A DNA stretch of 49,451 nt from a virus: IMG/VR virus record IMGVR_UViG_3300033696_000009, positions 1 to 49,451 of that record; one strand, written 5' to 3'. Position 1 is the first letter of the stretch. Every line of letters starts with the position of its first letter. Under the pieces are notes generated by a model. That model was not told the DNA's origin. It saw nothing but the letters and a program-made list of their open reading frames with translations, and searched no databases. Shown here one piece after another: positions 6,509 to 14,065 of this stretch. Position numbers and translations under genes: made by a program.

Positions 6509-7410
6509 TGCGTTGGATTAAACACGACACTGACGCGAATAATGACGCGAAGTTACAGAACGTTTTACTTGATTATGGCCTTGAGGGTTACGGGCTTTAC
6601 TGGTACTGCATTGAGCTCATAGCCGGAAAGGTTGATAAGGACAATATAACTTTTGAGCTCGAGCACGATGCAAGAATAATAGCTAGAAACGTTGGCTCCA
6701 CTGCTCAGAAAGTTGAAGAGATGATGCGCTACTTTGTTAAGACTGGGTTATTCGAGAGCTCAAACGGTGCAATAACTTGCTTCAAGCTTGCTAGACGTTT
6801 AGATCAATCTATGACCAGCAATCCAGAGATGAGAAAGATCATTGATTCAATCAAGAATCATGACGGAATCATGACTGAGTCATGCAAGATTAGATTAGAT
6901 CAGACTAGAGAAGATAAGAGTAAAGATATATGTGCTGTGCAAGAAGAGTTATTAGAGGGAGGTTTTGAAATATTCTACTCAGCAGGGTTGGTTAAGAAAT
7001 CTAAAGCTCAGGCTTACAAGAAGTTCAAGTCACTTTCTAAGCAGATGAAAGCCGATCCGATAGAGTTTGGCCAGTTATTAGCTCAAGACGTGCAGACACG
7101 CATTGCTAAGCAGCAGTACGGAATTGATAAGCTTCACCCTTCGACTTACTTGAACAACCAGAGATGGACAGATGAACATGAAGAACCCAACAATGGACAG
7201 TTTGCGCCAACTGGTAAGCAATCAGCCGCAGAGCGAATCAACGCAAGAAACAACGCCAAATACGGACAGCCAAGCAGCGGACTGGGTATGGGCGAGAGCA
7301 GCGGAGATTTACGGGGAGCAATGGGTGAGGGAGAACGGAGAAACGCCATCACTTATGTGGAAACTAGCGCTGAACAAGATGGATCAATCAGCTGTGAAGG
7401 ATGGGATTAA
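6508..7410 (+). CDS. DUF4373-type replisome organiser (O/DnaD-like)
   Basis: MRWIKHDTDANNDAKL...YGLYWYCIE matches the DUF4373 N-terminus. The later F..FY..G..KKSK and YLNNQRWTDE are typical C-terminal motifs. The last 239 nt overlap the next gene in another frame. Confidence 0.7.
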   Translation: MRWIKHDTDANNDAKLQNVLLDYGLEGYGLYWYCIELIAGKVDKDNITFELEHDARIIARNVGSTAQKVEEMMRYFVKTGLFESSNGAITCFKLARRLDQSMTSNPEMRKIIDSIKNHDGIMTESCKIRLDQTREDKSKDICAVQEELLEGGFEIFYSAGLVKKSKAQAYKKFKSLSKQMKADPIEFGQLLAQDVQTRIAKQQYGIDKLHPSTYLNNQRWTDEHEEPNNGQFAPTGKQSAAERINARNNAKYGQPSSGLGMGESSGDLRGAMGEGERRNAITYVETSAEQDGSISCEGWD

Positions 7411-7768
7411 ACAGATTATTGATAAGCGCATTGCATGGCCCCCTAATCTAACTAAGTTTTTAGATCTTGCTAGCGGTGTTGATACAGATGAGGCATATGA
7501 CCACTTAATTAAGCGTGGGAAGCCCCGCAACGCTATTGAAATAAAAGTTTGGGGTGATTGCGCGTTCAATTGCAGAAGTATCTCTGAGGACAAATCTAGG
7601 GCGCTATTCAAAAAGGTTTACACAAAGTGGTACGAGATAGATCAGCGTGGAGAGATGCCAGATATAAATCAGGTTTGTTTGCCGAAAAACAGTTCTACAA
7701 AAAAGATAGACCACATAATCGAAGAAAGAATGCGCATGGGCATTGATAAGCAAAGGGGTAAGAAATGA
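7172..7768 (+). CDS. lambda P-like replicative helicase loader
   Basis: WVWARAAEIYGEQWVRENGETP...IAWPPNLTKFLDL parallels the lambda P segment RQWVLAFRENGITT...PFLPSPGQFVAW, from memory. Confidence 0.6.
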   Translation: MNMKNPTMDSLRQLVSNQPQSESTQETTPNTDSQAADWVWARAAEIYGEQWVRENGETPSLMWKLALNKMDQSAVKDGIKQIIDKRIAWPPNLTKFLDLASGVDTDEAYDHLIKRGKPRNAIEIKVWGDCAFNCRSISEDKSRALFKKVYTKWYEIDQRGEMPDINQVCLPKNSSTKKIDHIIEERMRMGIDKQRGKK

Positions 7769-8004
7769 AACACACGCTGAAAATACTACCATGCTATTTC
7801 GAGGCGGTTATTCGCGGAGAAAAGAAATTTGAAATTAGAGATAACTCTGATAGAGGGTTTCAGAAGGGGGATATCGTAGACTTAGTTGAGATAAAAGGAA
7901 GTGGGGTAGGTGCTAGATCACTTACTGGGAGGTCAGTTATTGTTGAAATAACTTACGTAACAGGTTACCAGCAAAAAACCAGAGTTTGTCGTTTTCGGAT
8001 TTAA
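7765..8004 (+). CDS. DUF3850 / ASCH-like (PUA-fold) protein
   Basis: LKILPCYFEAVIRGEKKFEIRDNSDRGFQKGD matches the DUF3850 signature. ATGA overlap with the upstream gene. Confidence 0.75.
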   Translation: MKHTLKILPCYFEAVIRGEKKFEIRDNSDRGFQKGDIVDLVEIKGSGVGARSLTGRSVIVEITYVTGYQQKTRVCRFRI

Positions 8005-8010
8005 AACTAT

Positions 8011-8035
8011 TTAGCGCATAGCGCAAAGGGGTGAG
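8011..8035 (+). repeat. 25-nt intercistronic element, copy 1 (TTAGCGCATAGCGCAAAGGGGTGAG)
   Basis: 24 of 25 bases match 8575..8599. It contains the tandem TAGCGCA TAGCGCA and the Shine-Dalgarno of the next gene. Confidence 0.8.
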
Positions 8036-8037
8036 TG

Positions 8038-8352
8038 ATGAAAGGTAATCTTAATAACTTAAATGATTTAGTGGCCGGAACTGTCGTTAAAATGTCTAAC
8101 GGAAAATTTGGAGTTGTTAGATTCTTGATGGGTGAGATTGTTTTGATTGGTGGGGGTGGTGAAATATGCCAAGCAAGAATTTGCATTGCAGCCAAAGGAA
8201 GTGAGTCTTATGCAACTTATCGCCGTGACGGGATATCTCATCAAGGGCACAGTTACGACATAGAAAATATTGTAAAAATTGGTGACGGGGTCGATCTTAG
8301 CGATAAAGAAGCAAGATTGATACTTACTGATATTGAAAACGAAAAGGGGTGA
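8038..8352 (+). CDS. hypothetical protein (104 aa)
   Basis: Track ORF. The ATG lies 6 nt after AAGGGG. Confidence 0.55.
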   Translation: MKGNLNNLNDLVAGTVVKMSNGKFGVVRFLMGEIVLIGGGGEICQARICIAAKGSESYATYRRDGISHQGHSYDIENIVKIGDGVDLSDKEARLILTDIENEKG

Positions 8353-8355
8353 GTG

Positions 8356-8574
8356 ATGAGTGATTTAATAAAAGTAACTGGCGCGGCAAATCATACCGTC
8401 GGCGTTGAGTGTCCGCACTGTAAGCACTTCTTTGATGCTACTGACGATCAGCATGATCACGAAGTGACCAATGCCATGTTCGAGAATACAGCTGAGTCGT
8501 GCACCAACATGAACATAGAAATGTTTTGCTCAGAGTGTGATGGTGAGTTCATTTTAGATGAGTTGGTTTATTAA
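8356..8574 (+). CDS. small zinc-ribbon protein (CxxC...CxxC)
   Basis: CPHCKH and CSECDG pairs are present. The AAAGGGGTGAGTGATGA start context is the same as at 8026. Confidence 0.55.
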   Translation: MSDLIKVTGAANHTVGVECPHCKHFFDATDDQHDHEVTNAMFENTAESCTNMNIEMFCSECDGEFILDELVY

Positions 8575-8599
8575 TTAGCGCATAGCGCAAAGGGGTAAG
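8575..8599 (+). repeat. 25-nt intercistronic element, copy 2 (TTAGCGCATAGCGCAAAGGGGTAAG)
   Basis: See 8011..8035. It begins directly after the upstream TAA. Confidence 0.8.
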
Positions 8600-8604
8600 A
8601 AATA

Positions 8605-9243
8605 ATGGCTAAGTTATTTTACAAAACATGCAGGCACGGCAACGTTGGCAGTAACGTTATGTTTCACAATAAAGACGAGTTCGGATACGGAACAAACCTA
8701 AAAAACCTAGAAGTCTACACCAAAGAAGAAGCGCAGGAATATATGGATCGCCAAGATGGCAGTCTAATGCTTCTAAAAAGCGAAGTCGATAAACTGGCTG
8801 TTAAGCATGTCGATATGCAGTATCTTGATGAAACGAAGGGGGGGCCGTCCAAGCTAAACGATTTATGCGTTGTTCAGATAAACGGAAACTACGACGGCAA
8901 TGACATTAAATTTTGTGGTGAGCTTGGATCAACATTTGACCTATCAAAAGCTAGGGTGATTAGTCACCAAGAGGCTTTGTTATTTGTTCGTGACGGAATG
9001 ACGATCTGGTCAGCATCTTACTTAGAATCTATTTCTAGATACACGTTTCAAGCTGGGAATATAAACAAAAGAAAGATGATCACCGCTGGCGGCGTGAGGT
9101 ACAGAACCCCTAGAGCATCAAGGACAACTGGGAAGGCTAGGGGGAATTGCCCTACTTGCGGAAAAATAACTTGGGACTTTAACCCATATGAAAACGCATA
9201 TTGCCAAGATCATGACGATACTCAAGATAACTGGTCTTACTGA
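8605..9243 (+). CDS. hypothetical protein (212 aa) with C-terminal CxxC
   Basis: Track ORF with a good SD inside the repeat element. Confidence 0.6.
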   Translation: MAKLFYKTCRHGNVGSNVMFHNKDEFGYGTNLKNLEVYTKEEAQEYMDRQDGSLMLLKSEVDKLAVKHVDMQYLDETKGGPSKLNDLCVVQINGNYDGNDIKFCGELGSTFDLSKARVISHQEALLFVRDGMTIWSASYLESISRYTFQAGNINKRKMITAGGVRYRTPRASRTTGKARGNCPTCGKITWDFNPYENAYCQDHDDTQDNWSY

Positions 9244-9632
9244 TGAGCTGGCCCTTTTACGGCTATCCTGCGTACCACTTCCAGAGGGGTGAGGAAAGCG
9301 ATACCCCTTTCGTCATCTCTCGAATGAGGTGGATACCCGAGGAGCTTAAGCTCGAAGTTAGCAAGAAGTACGAAAGCTTTGGGCCAGTGCATGGAGGAGA
9401 GAAAAGAAAGGCTGCTAATATCTGGCTGGATACTGAAGCCAGGAAGTATCGAAACGCCACCAGCAAGAAGGATGATGTTTTAGAGCGTGTGAATGCTGAA
9501 TGTAACGCGCCTGAATCGACCGCTAAAGAGTTTAAACCGAATATTGATACAAGTGCTCCAGTTAAGCCTAAAGGGTTCTTAGATGGGCTTCTAGATGATA
9601 TTGATAATAAATATAGGAATAGTAAAAATTGA
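9243..9632 (+). CDS. hypothetical protein (129 aa)
   Basis: Start overlaps the upstream stop (TGATGA). The mirror ORF on the minus strand has Ser/Leu-rich antisense-type composition. Confidence 0.55.
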   Translation: MSWPFYGYPAYHFQRGEESDTPFVISRMRWIPEELKLEVSKKYESFGPVHGGEKRKAANIWLDTEARKYRNATSKKDDVLERVNAECNAPESTAKEFKPNIDTSAPVKPKGFLDGLLDDIDNKYRNSKN

Positions 9633-10081
9633 AGGTTAACTTCATCAAGCAAGCTGGTGGCATATTGTCGCCAGCTTCAGAAATAGAGGCTTATAGGCTT
9701 AAGCGCATCAAGTCTGGCTTGGTATACGAAATAGATATCAAAGGGGGAGAGAAGAGAAATCGCGGATATCACGGTAAAGTTTTCCTGTTTATGAATTTTT
9801 GCTTCGAATATTGGTCAGGGTGCAATACCCACGTTGATTATCAAGTTGAAGAGGCTCAGTTTGAATACTTCAGAAAGCAGCTGGCAATCAAGGCGGGTTA
9901 CTTTGACTACGTTGTTAATCTAGAGGGAAGCACCATGATACAGGCTAGAAGCTTGTCTTATGACGCAATGAGCCAAGAAGAGTTCGAGCAGTTCGGAAGC
10001 GCGATAATTAACTCGGCCATTGCTACGATATTTCAAGGCGCAGACGAGCAAACATGCAATAGGCTTTATTCATTTTTTTAG
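9629..10081 (+). CDS. DUF1367-family phage protein
   Basis: FIKQAGGILSPAS...RNRGYHGKVFLFMNFCFEYW...RSLSYDAMSQEEFEQF follows the DUF1367 pattern of lambdoid phages. Confidence 0.65.
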   Translation: MKVNFIKQAGGILSPASEIEAYRLKRIKSGLVYEIDIKGGEKRNRGYHGKVFLFMNFCFEYWSGCNTHVDYQVEEAQFEYFRKQLAIKAGYFDYVVNLEGSTMIQARSLSYDAMSQEEFEQFGSAIINSAIATIFQGADEQTCNRLYSFF

Positions 10082-10087
10082 GGGGCA

Positions 10088-10390
10088 ATGGTGAAGATTA
10101 AAGAAGAGGTGTTTAACGCTCAGAGTCTTGGGTTGGCAAAGTTCTTATCAGAGAACAAATGCAGATCTTGTGGCGGTGAGTGGCGCTACGCTAGAGGCCG
10201 TGGAGGGTGTGTGGATTGCCGATCAAGATATGGTAAAAAGTTTGTAGATGAAAATAAAGATAAAAAGAAGTTGTCAGATAAGCGATGGAAGAGTGAAAAC
10301 AAAGAGTACCTGGCAAACTACCAGAGAGCATACAGAGCAAGAAAGCTGGAAGAGAAAATAAATAACAATAATACTTGCGGCAAAGTGTAA
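10088..10390 (+). CDS. Cys-rich (CxxC/CxxC) basic protein
   Basis: Contains CRSCGG...CVDCRS. The basic C-terminus and the stop codon lie inside the operator at 10387. Confidence 0.55.
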   Translation: MVKIKEEVFNAQSLGLAKFLSENKCRSCGGEWRYARGRGGCVDCRSRYGKKFVDENKDKKKLSDKRWKSENKEYLANYQRAYRARKLEEKINNNNTCGKV

Positions 10391-10403
10391 CTAAGGTTAC
10401 ATT
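10375..10403 (+). promoter_or_regulatory. promoter with embedded operator GTAACTAAGGTTAC
   Basis: TTGCGG-caaagt-GTAACTAAGGTTAC-ATT. The register is the same as the promoters at 3856 and 3892. Confidence 0.6.
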
Positions 10404-10434
10404 TAATCATCAAATAAATAATGGGTGGTTTTAG

Positions 10435-10701
10435 ATGAGTGTACAGTTAACCCAAGCGATGATAGATCGCTATGTGATAGATAAATTAACAATGGCAGCT
10501 CTAGCGGCTGAAACAGGTATGTCTCAGTATATGGTTAGAGAAAGGCTAAAGAAGCTTGGTTTAATCCGTGCACCAGGCAAGGCGACAGGAAAAGAGAAAA
10601 ATCATAATAGCAATCGGTCATCTTATGTAGATATCGTTGAGGCTAATGAGTCGAGAGTTTCTAAAATGGCACATGATTTGTTCAGGGTTCCTATCAAATA
10701 G
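10435..10701 (+). CDS. putative HTH DNA-binding protein (88 aa)
   Basis: LTMAALAAETGMSQYMVRERLKKLG looks like a helix-turn-helix. It is the first gene after the operator-bearing promoter. Confidence 0.5.
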   Translation: MSVQLTQAMIDRYVIDKLTMAALAAETGMSQYMVRERLKKLGLIRAPGKATGKEKNHNSNRSSYVDIVEANESRVSKMAHDLFRVPIK

Positions 10702-10730
10702 CTGATAAATTTAAGCTAAAAAATAGAGCG

Positions 10731-10759
10731 TTTACAAATCAACGTAATAGCTCTATAGT
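10731..10759 (+). promoter_or_regulatory. sigma70-like promoter
   Basis: TTTACA, 17 nt, TATAGT, bracketed by the inverted repeat TAGAGC/GCTCTA. Confidence 0.5.
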
Positions 10760-10789
10760 TTGACAAACAAATGACCTCGAGTAATCAGC

Positions 10790-11035
10790 ATGAAAAAGCG
10801 TGACCTCCGAGGGGAATGGACTTCCCGATTTATACACGTAGCAATGAATGCTACAAGCAGCGAAACATGGTGCTATACAAGGCTAAGCCTAGAAGAGGCA
10901 ATGAAGACCTTCAAAGGGCTAAGCTTGAGATGGTACAAGCTAGAAACAAAAGAAGCCGTGTATCGTGAAAGAGTTGGGAAGGGTATGAAAAAGGGTAAGT
11001 GCCCGGGTGTTTATTTTAGAGTGGTGAGGAATTGA
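10790..11035 (+). CDS. hypothetical basic protein (81 aa)
   Basis: Track ORF, downstream of the promoter at 10731. Confidence 0.5.
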   Translation: MKKRDLRGEWTSRFIHVAMNATSSETWCYTRLSLEEAMKTFKGLSLRWYKLETKEAVYRERVGKGMKKGKCPGVYFRVVRN

Positions 11036-11036
11036 T

Positions 11037-11234
11037 ATGGTTAAGTATGTTTTGCTGCATTCGGTGGTGCTGATAGTGTATGGAGTTGGATTTATTCTAG
11101 CATCCGCCATGTTTCAAATGGCCAACGATAGGATTGACGCAATAGAGTCAAATGTTAATCCAGAACTGATTCATACCTGCAATCTGTATGATGATAAGCG
11201 TAGAAAGATTTGTGGATGGATAGAGGTGGAGTGA
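11037..11234 (+). CDS. small membrane protein (65 aa, one TM)
   Basis: Hydrophobic N-terminus VLLHSVVLIVYGVGFILASAMF. Confidence 0.5.
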   Translation: MVKYVLLHSVVLIVYGVGFILASAMFQMANDRIDAIESNVNPELIHTCNLYDDKRRKICGWIEVE

Positions 11235-11431
11235 TGGCTAGTTTCGAAAAGAATGAATGTAAGTTTAGCATGACACAATCAGGATATAGATTTGATTACG
11301 ACACTCCAATGGAGCTTGCAGAGTTAATGTTTAAGTCTCCAGTTAAAGCGGTGAACCCTTACGACCCAGGCACGATAGCTTTCGATAGGTTTAACGAAAA
11401 GATATTAGAGCTAGCAAATCCAAACGATTAA
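11234..11431 (+). CDS. hypothetical protein (65 aa)
   Basis: Track ORF trimmed to ATG 11234, which overlaps the upstream TGA. Confidence 0.5.
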   Translation: MASFEKNECKFSMTQSGYRFDYDTPMELAELMFKSPVKAVNPYDPGTIAFDRFNEKILELANPND

Positions 11432-11440
11432 AACAAAACA

Positions 11441-11465
11441 AAGCCTCCTAGTGAGGCTTTGTTCG
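11441..11465 (+). terminator. weak intrinsic terminator/hairpin
   Basis: AAGCCTC-ctagt-GAGGCTT followed by TGTTCGTT. Confidence 0.45.
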
Positions 11466-11474
11466 TTAAATTCG

Positions 11475-11483
11475 TGGTAAAAT
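11475..11483 (+). promoter_or_regulatory. extended -10 promoter element (TGGTAAAAT) upstream of terS
   Basis: TGn plus TAAAAT. It lies within the 12-mer CGTGGTAAAATA, which recurs at 16065. Confidence 0.4.
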
Positions 11484-11511
11484 AGGGTATGTTTTTATAG
11501 AGGTTTTACCT

Positions 11512-12006
11512 ATGTCAGCACCAAAGGGTAACCAATTTTGGAAGGCTAGAAGCTCACACGGAAGGGGCAAGATATTCGAAACACCTGAGATTTTGTGGGA
11601 TGCAGCATGTGAGTATTTTCAGTGGGTAGAAGATAACCCGCTATACGAAGAAAAGGCATTCCACTTTCAAGGGCAGGTAATCAAGGAGCCCATCGCCAAG
11701 ATGCGAGCCATGACCATTTCAGGGCTTAGATTGTTCTTGGGTATCAGTGAGCAGACATTGCAGGTTTATGAACAGAGAGAAGATTTCTTTGGGGTCATAC
11801 GTGAAATTAAAGAGACAATCTACAATCAAAAGTTCGCTGGAGCCTCCGCAGACCTGCTTAACGCCAACATTATCGCTAGGGACTTAGGCCTTACTGATAA
11901 AAAAGATTTGTCATCTACAGACGGTTCAATGAGTCCGGCAGGTAACACGTTCGATTCATCTCAATACGAGAAAGCTCAGGCTAAGCTTAGAGGGAAGATG
12001 GAATGA
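11512..12006 (+). CDS. terS: terminase small subunit
   Basis: [10 protein letters not shown]...[14 protein letters not shown]...[15 protein letters not shown] matches the N-terminal HTH pattern of small terminases. It lies directly upstream of terL. Confidence 0.8.
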   Translation: MSAPKGNQFWKARSSHGRGKIFETPEILWDAACEYFQWVEDNPLYEEKAFHFQGQVIKEPIAKMRAMTISGLRLFLGISEQTLQVYEQREDFFGVIREIKETIYNQKFAGASADLLNANIIARDLGLTDKKDLSSTDGSMSPAGNTFDSSQYEKAQAKLRGKME

Positions 12007-12260
12007 TAATAAATGGCAAAGTAGTACCGACGTGCGGCAATTTCAACGGCATAAAAGCAAGGGGGAAAATGGTATTCATAGGAAAGCTTGAGAAGGCCAA
12101 TTGCTGCTCAATGTTTTTTGATAGGTTGGTGTCGTCACTTAAAGAGCGTGGCGCAATAATAAAAGTGATAGATAGGACGTACACAGAATTAGACTTCAGG
12201 AATAGGTTTTCAGATCACGAGCTGTTAGATCTTCTCGACTCGTCAAGAGGGAAGACTTAA
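12003..12260 (+). CDS. hypothetical protein (85 aa) between terS and terL
   Basis: ATGA overlap with terS. It fills the gap exactly. No family recognised. Confidence 0.4.
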   Translation: MIINGKVVPTCGNFNGIKARGKMVFIGKLEKANCCSMFFDRLVSSLKERGAIIKVIDRTYTELDFRNRFSDHELLDLLDSSRGKT

Positions 12261-12264
12261 ACAA

Positions 12265-13947
12265 GTGAGCCTATTTGATGATAAAGAATGGGGGGAAATG
12301 GATTTCTACGAACGTCTTGCGATAAAGGAATTGTCAGAAGAGTCGTTCATTAACTTTACTCGTGTATGGTTTGAACTCATGCAGGGTGATGAGCTATTGG
12401 TTAACTGGCATCACAGATATGCCGCAAATGAGGTTGATAATGTTGTAAGGCATGGCGACTCATCTCAGTCACTTGCTATCTGCTTCCCTCCTGGAGGTAC
12501 GAAAACGGAATACTTTTCGATTCACCTGCCTGCCTACACAAACATGCTAGTTAGGACCGGCAAGCTAAGAAGGTTTAGAAATATGAACCTTTCTTTTGCT
12601 GATTCGCTAGTTAAGCGCAACTCTAGGCGTACTCGTGACATTATCGCGTCAAAGGAGTATCAAGAGTTGTGGCCATGCAACTTTGGCACAAACCAAGCCG
12701 AAGAGTGGCAGATTGTTGATGGTCGCGGAAAGGTTAAAGGCGAAACTATATCTCGCGCAATGGGTGGCCAGATCACAGGTGGTCGCGGAGGGTTCTTTGG
12801 CGATGGATTCTCTGGTTCCGTTAGCATGGACGACCCAGCAAAGCCAGAAGATATGTTTTCTGCCGTTAAGCGTGAAGCCCTAAACCGAAAGCTAAACAAC
12901 ACTGTGCGCTCTAGGCGTGGAGACAAGTCTAAATATCACCCGACACCATTCTTCCTGATTATGCAGAGGTTGCACAAAGAGGATCCTGTCGGTTTCTGCC
13001 TAAGCGGCGGAATGGGTGTTAAGTTCAAGCATATCAAAGTACCAGCGCTGGTAACAAAAGAGTTTCTTAGAACGCTACCTCCAGAAGTTGCGGCTGATTG
13101 CTGGAAGTGCATCAAGGATTCGCCAAGCAGAATCAAAGGCGGAGTCGAATATTGGTCATACTGGCCAGAAATGGAAGATATCGACCAGTTAATGGATTTG
13201 TGGGAACAGGATCCATACACTTTCATGAGCCAGTACATGCAAGAGCCTATCGCTCACTCTGGTGGATTGGTTGATACAGATTGGTTTCCTAGATACGAAA
13301 CACTTCCTACAGATATTGTTGGGGGTGCAATTTACGTTGACACCAACTCTGGAATGGTTAAAGACCGAAACGACTACACTGTGTTTTTACTAGGCCTTAC
13401 TGATTCAAAGGGCGATATCTATGTTGCAGACGTAAAGCGAGGTAAATGGGATCCGCTTGGCCTACTTGAAGAGGCTAAAGCTTGTTGGAATGGATGGAAT
13501 AGTGCAATACCATCAACAATGAAGTTTAAGCTTAGATATATGGCCATTGAATCAAAACAGGCTGGTCAAGGTCTTATTCAGACACTGAAGAACGAAAAGG
13601 TAATACCGCTAAAAGAGCAAGAGCGCGGAACTGGCCAGAACAAGTACGCTCGACACTGCAACACTCAACCAACAATGAAAATGGGTAAGGTGCACTTGCC
13701 GGCGACAAGCACTGCAGATGGTGATCCAATAAACTGCACCAGGTGGTACAACGGTGACGATGCATATGCGACAGATTGGATGCTTCCATTCTTGGCGGAG
13801 CTTGACGGATTAACTATTGGAGTGCTAATGGATCAAGAGAGCGGATATGACGACCAGTACGATACGCTCATGGATGCTGTTCAAGACTTAGTTATTGACG
13901 GTGCGCGATCCTCCGCCTCATCCTTGGCCTACCGCCGAAAGAGATAG
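12265..13947 (+). CDS. terL: terminase large subunit
   Basis: 560 aa with a GTG start. Contains the P-loop-like segment CFPPGGTKTE, a later acidic motif, and a C-terminal nuclease-like region (YVDTNSG...DYTVFLL). Confidence 0.85.
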   Translation: MSLFDDKEWGEMDFYERLAIKELSEESFINFTRVWFELMQGDELLVNWHHRYAANEVDNVVRHGDSSQSLAICFPPGGTKTEYFSIHLPAYTNMLVRTGKLRRFRNMNLSFADSLVKRNSRRTRDIIASKEYQELWPCNFGTNQAEEWQIVDGRGKVKGETISRAMGGQITGGRGGFFGDGFSGSVSMDDPAKPEDMFSAVKREALNRKLNNTVRSRRGDKSKYHPTPFFLIMQRLHKEDPVGFCLSGGMGVKFKHIKVPALVTKEFLRTLPPEVAADCWKCIKDSPSRIKGGVEYWSYWPEMEDIDQLMDLWEQDPYTFMSQYMQEPIAHSGGLVDTDWFPRYETLPTDIVGGAIYVDTNSGMVKDRNDYTVFLLGLTDSKGDIYVADVKRGKWDPLGLLEEAKACWNGWNSAIPSTMKFKLRYMAIESKQAGQGLIQTLKNEKVIPLKEQERGTGQNKYARHCNTQPTMKMGKVHLPATSTADGDPINCTRWYNGDDAYATDWMLPFLAELDGLTIGVLMDQESGYDDQYDTLMDAVQDLVIDGARSSASSLAYRRKR

Positions 13948-13961
13948 CGTGGAGATAAACC

Positions 13962-13985
13962 AGCCCCTTGATTGGGGCTTTTTAT
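13962..13985 (+). terminator. intrinsic terminator
   Basis: AGCCCC-ttgatt-GGGGCT followed by TTTTTATT. Confidence 0.85.
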
Positions 13986-14005
13986 TGTCTTGATTAAAAT
14001 AACTG

Positions 14006-14035
14006 TTGACGGTGGCGTTAAATAGGGGGTATATT
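14006..14035 (+). promoter_or_regulatory. sigma70-like promoter
   Basis: TTGACG, 18 nt, TATATT. The upstream AAAATAACTGTTGAC resembles AAAATAATTGTTGAC at 27410. Confidence 0.55.
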
Positions 14036-14065
14036 GACGTCAAGCAATAACGCTGATGGAGATTG

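Noticed and set aside
7146-7792. Minus-strand ORFs 7146..7352, 7384..7611 and 7604..7792.
   Set aside because: They are antisense to the replication genes, with no promoter or SD context.
8007-8250. Minus-strand ORFs 8007..8195 and 8068..8250.
   Set aside because: They are antisense to a co-oriented, translationally coupled plus-strand gene series.
9263-9652. 129-aa minus-strand ORF that mirrors the plus ORF 9243..9632.
   Set aside because: The plus ORF is stop/start coupled to its neighbours. The minus product is Ser/Leu-rich and has no upstream signals.
11987-13789. ORFs 11987..12184(-), 12635..12883(+), 12660..12926(-), 12936..13238(-) and 13574..13789(-) within or opposite terS/terL.
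   Set aside because: All are nested in the terminase genes in other frames or on the other strand. Their composition is Pro/Ser/Arg-rich, typical of off-frame reading.
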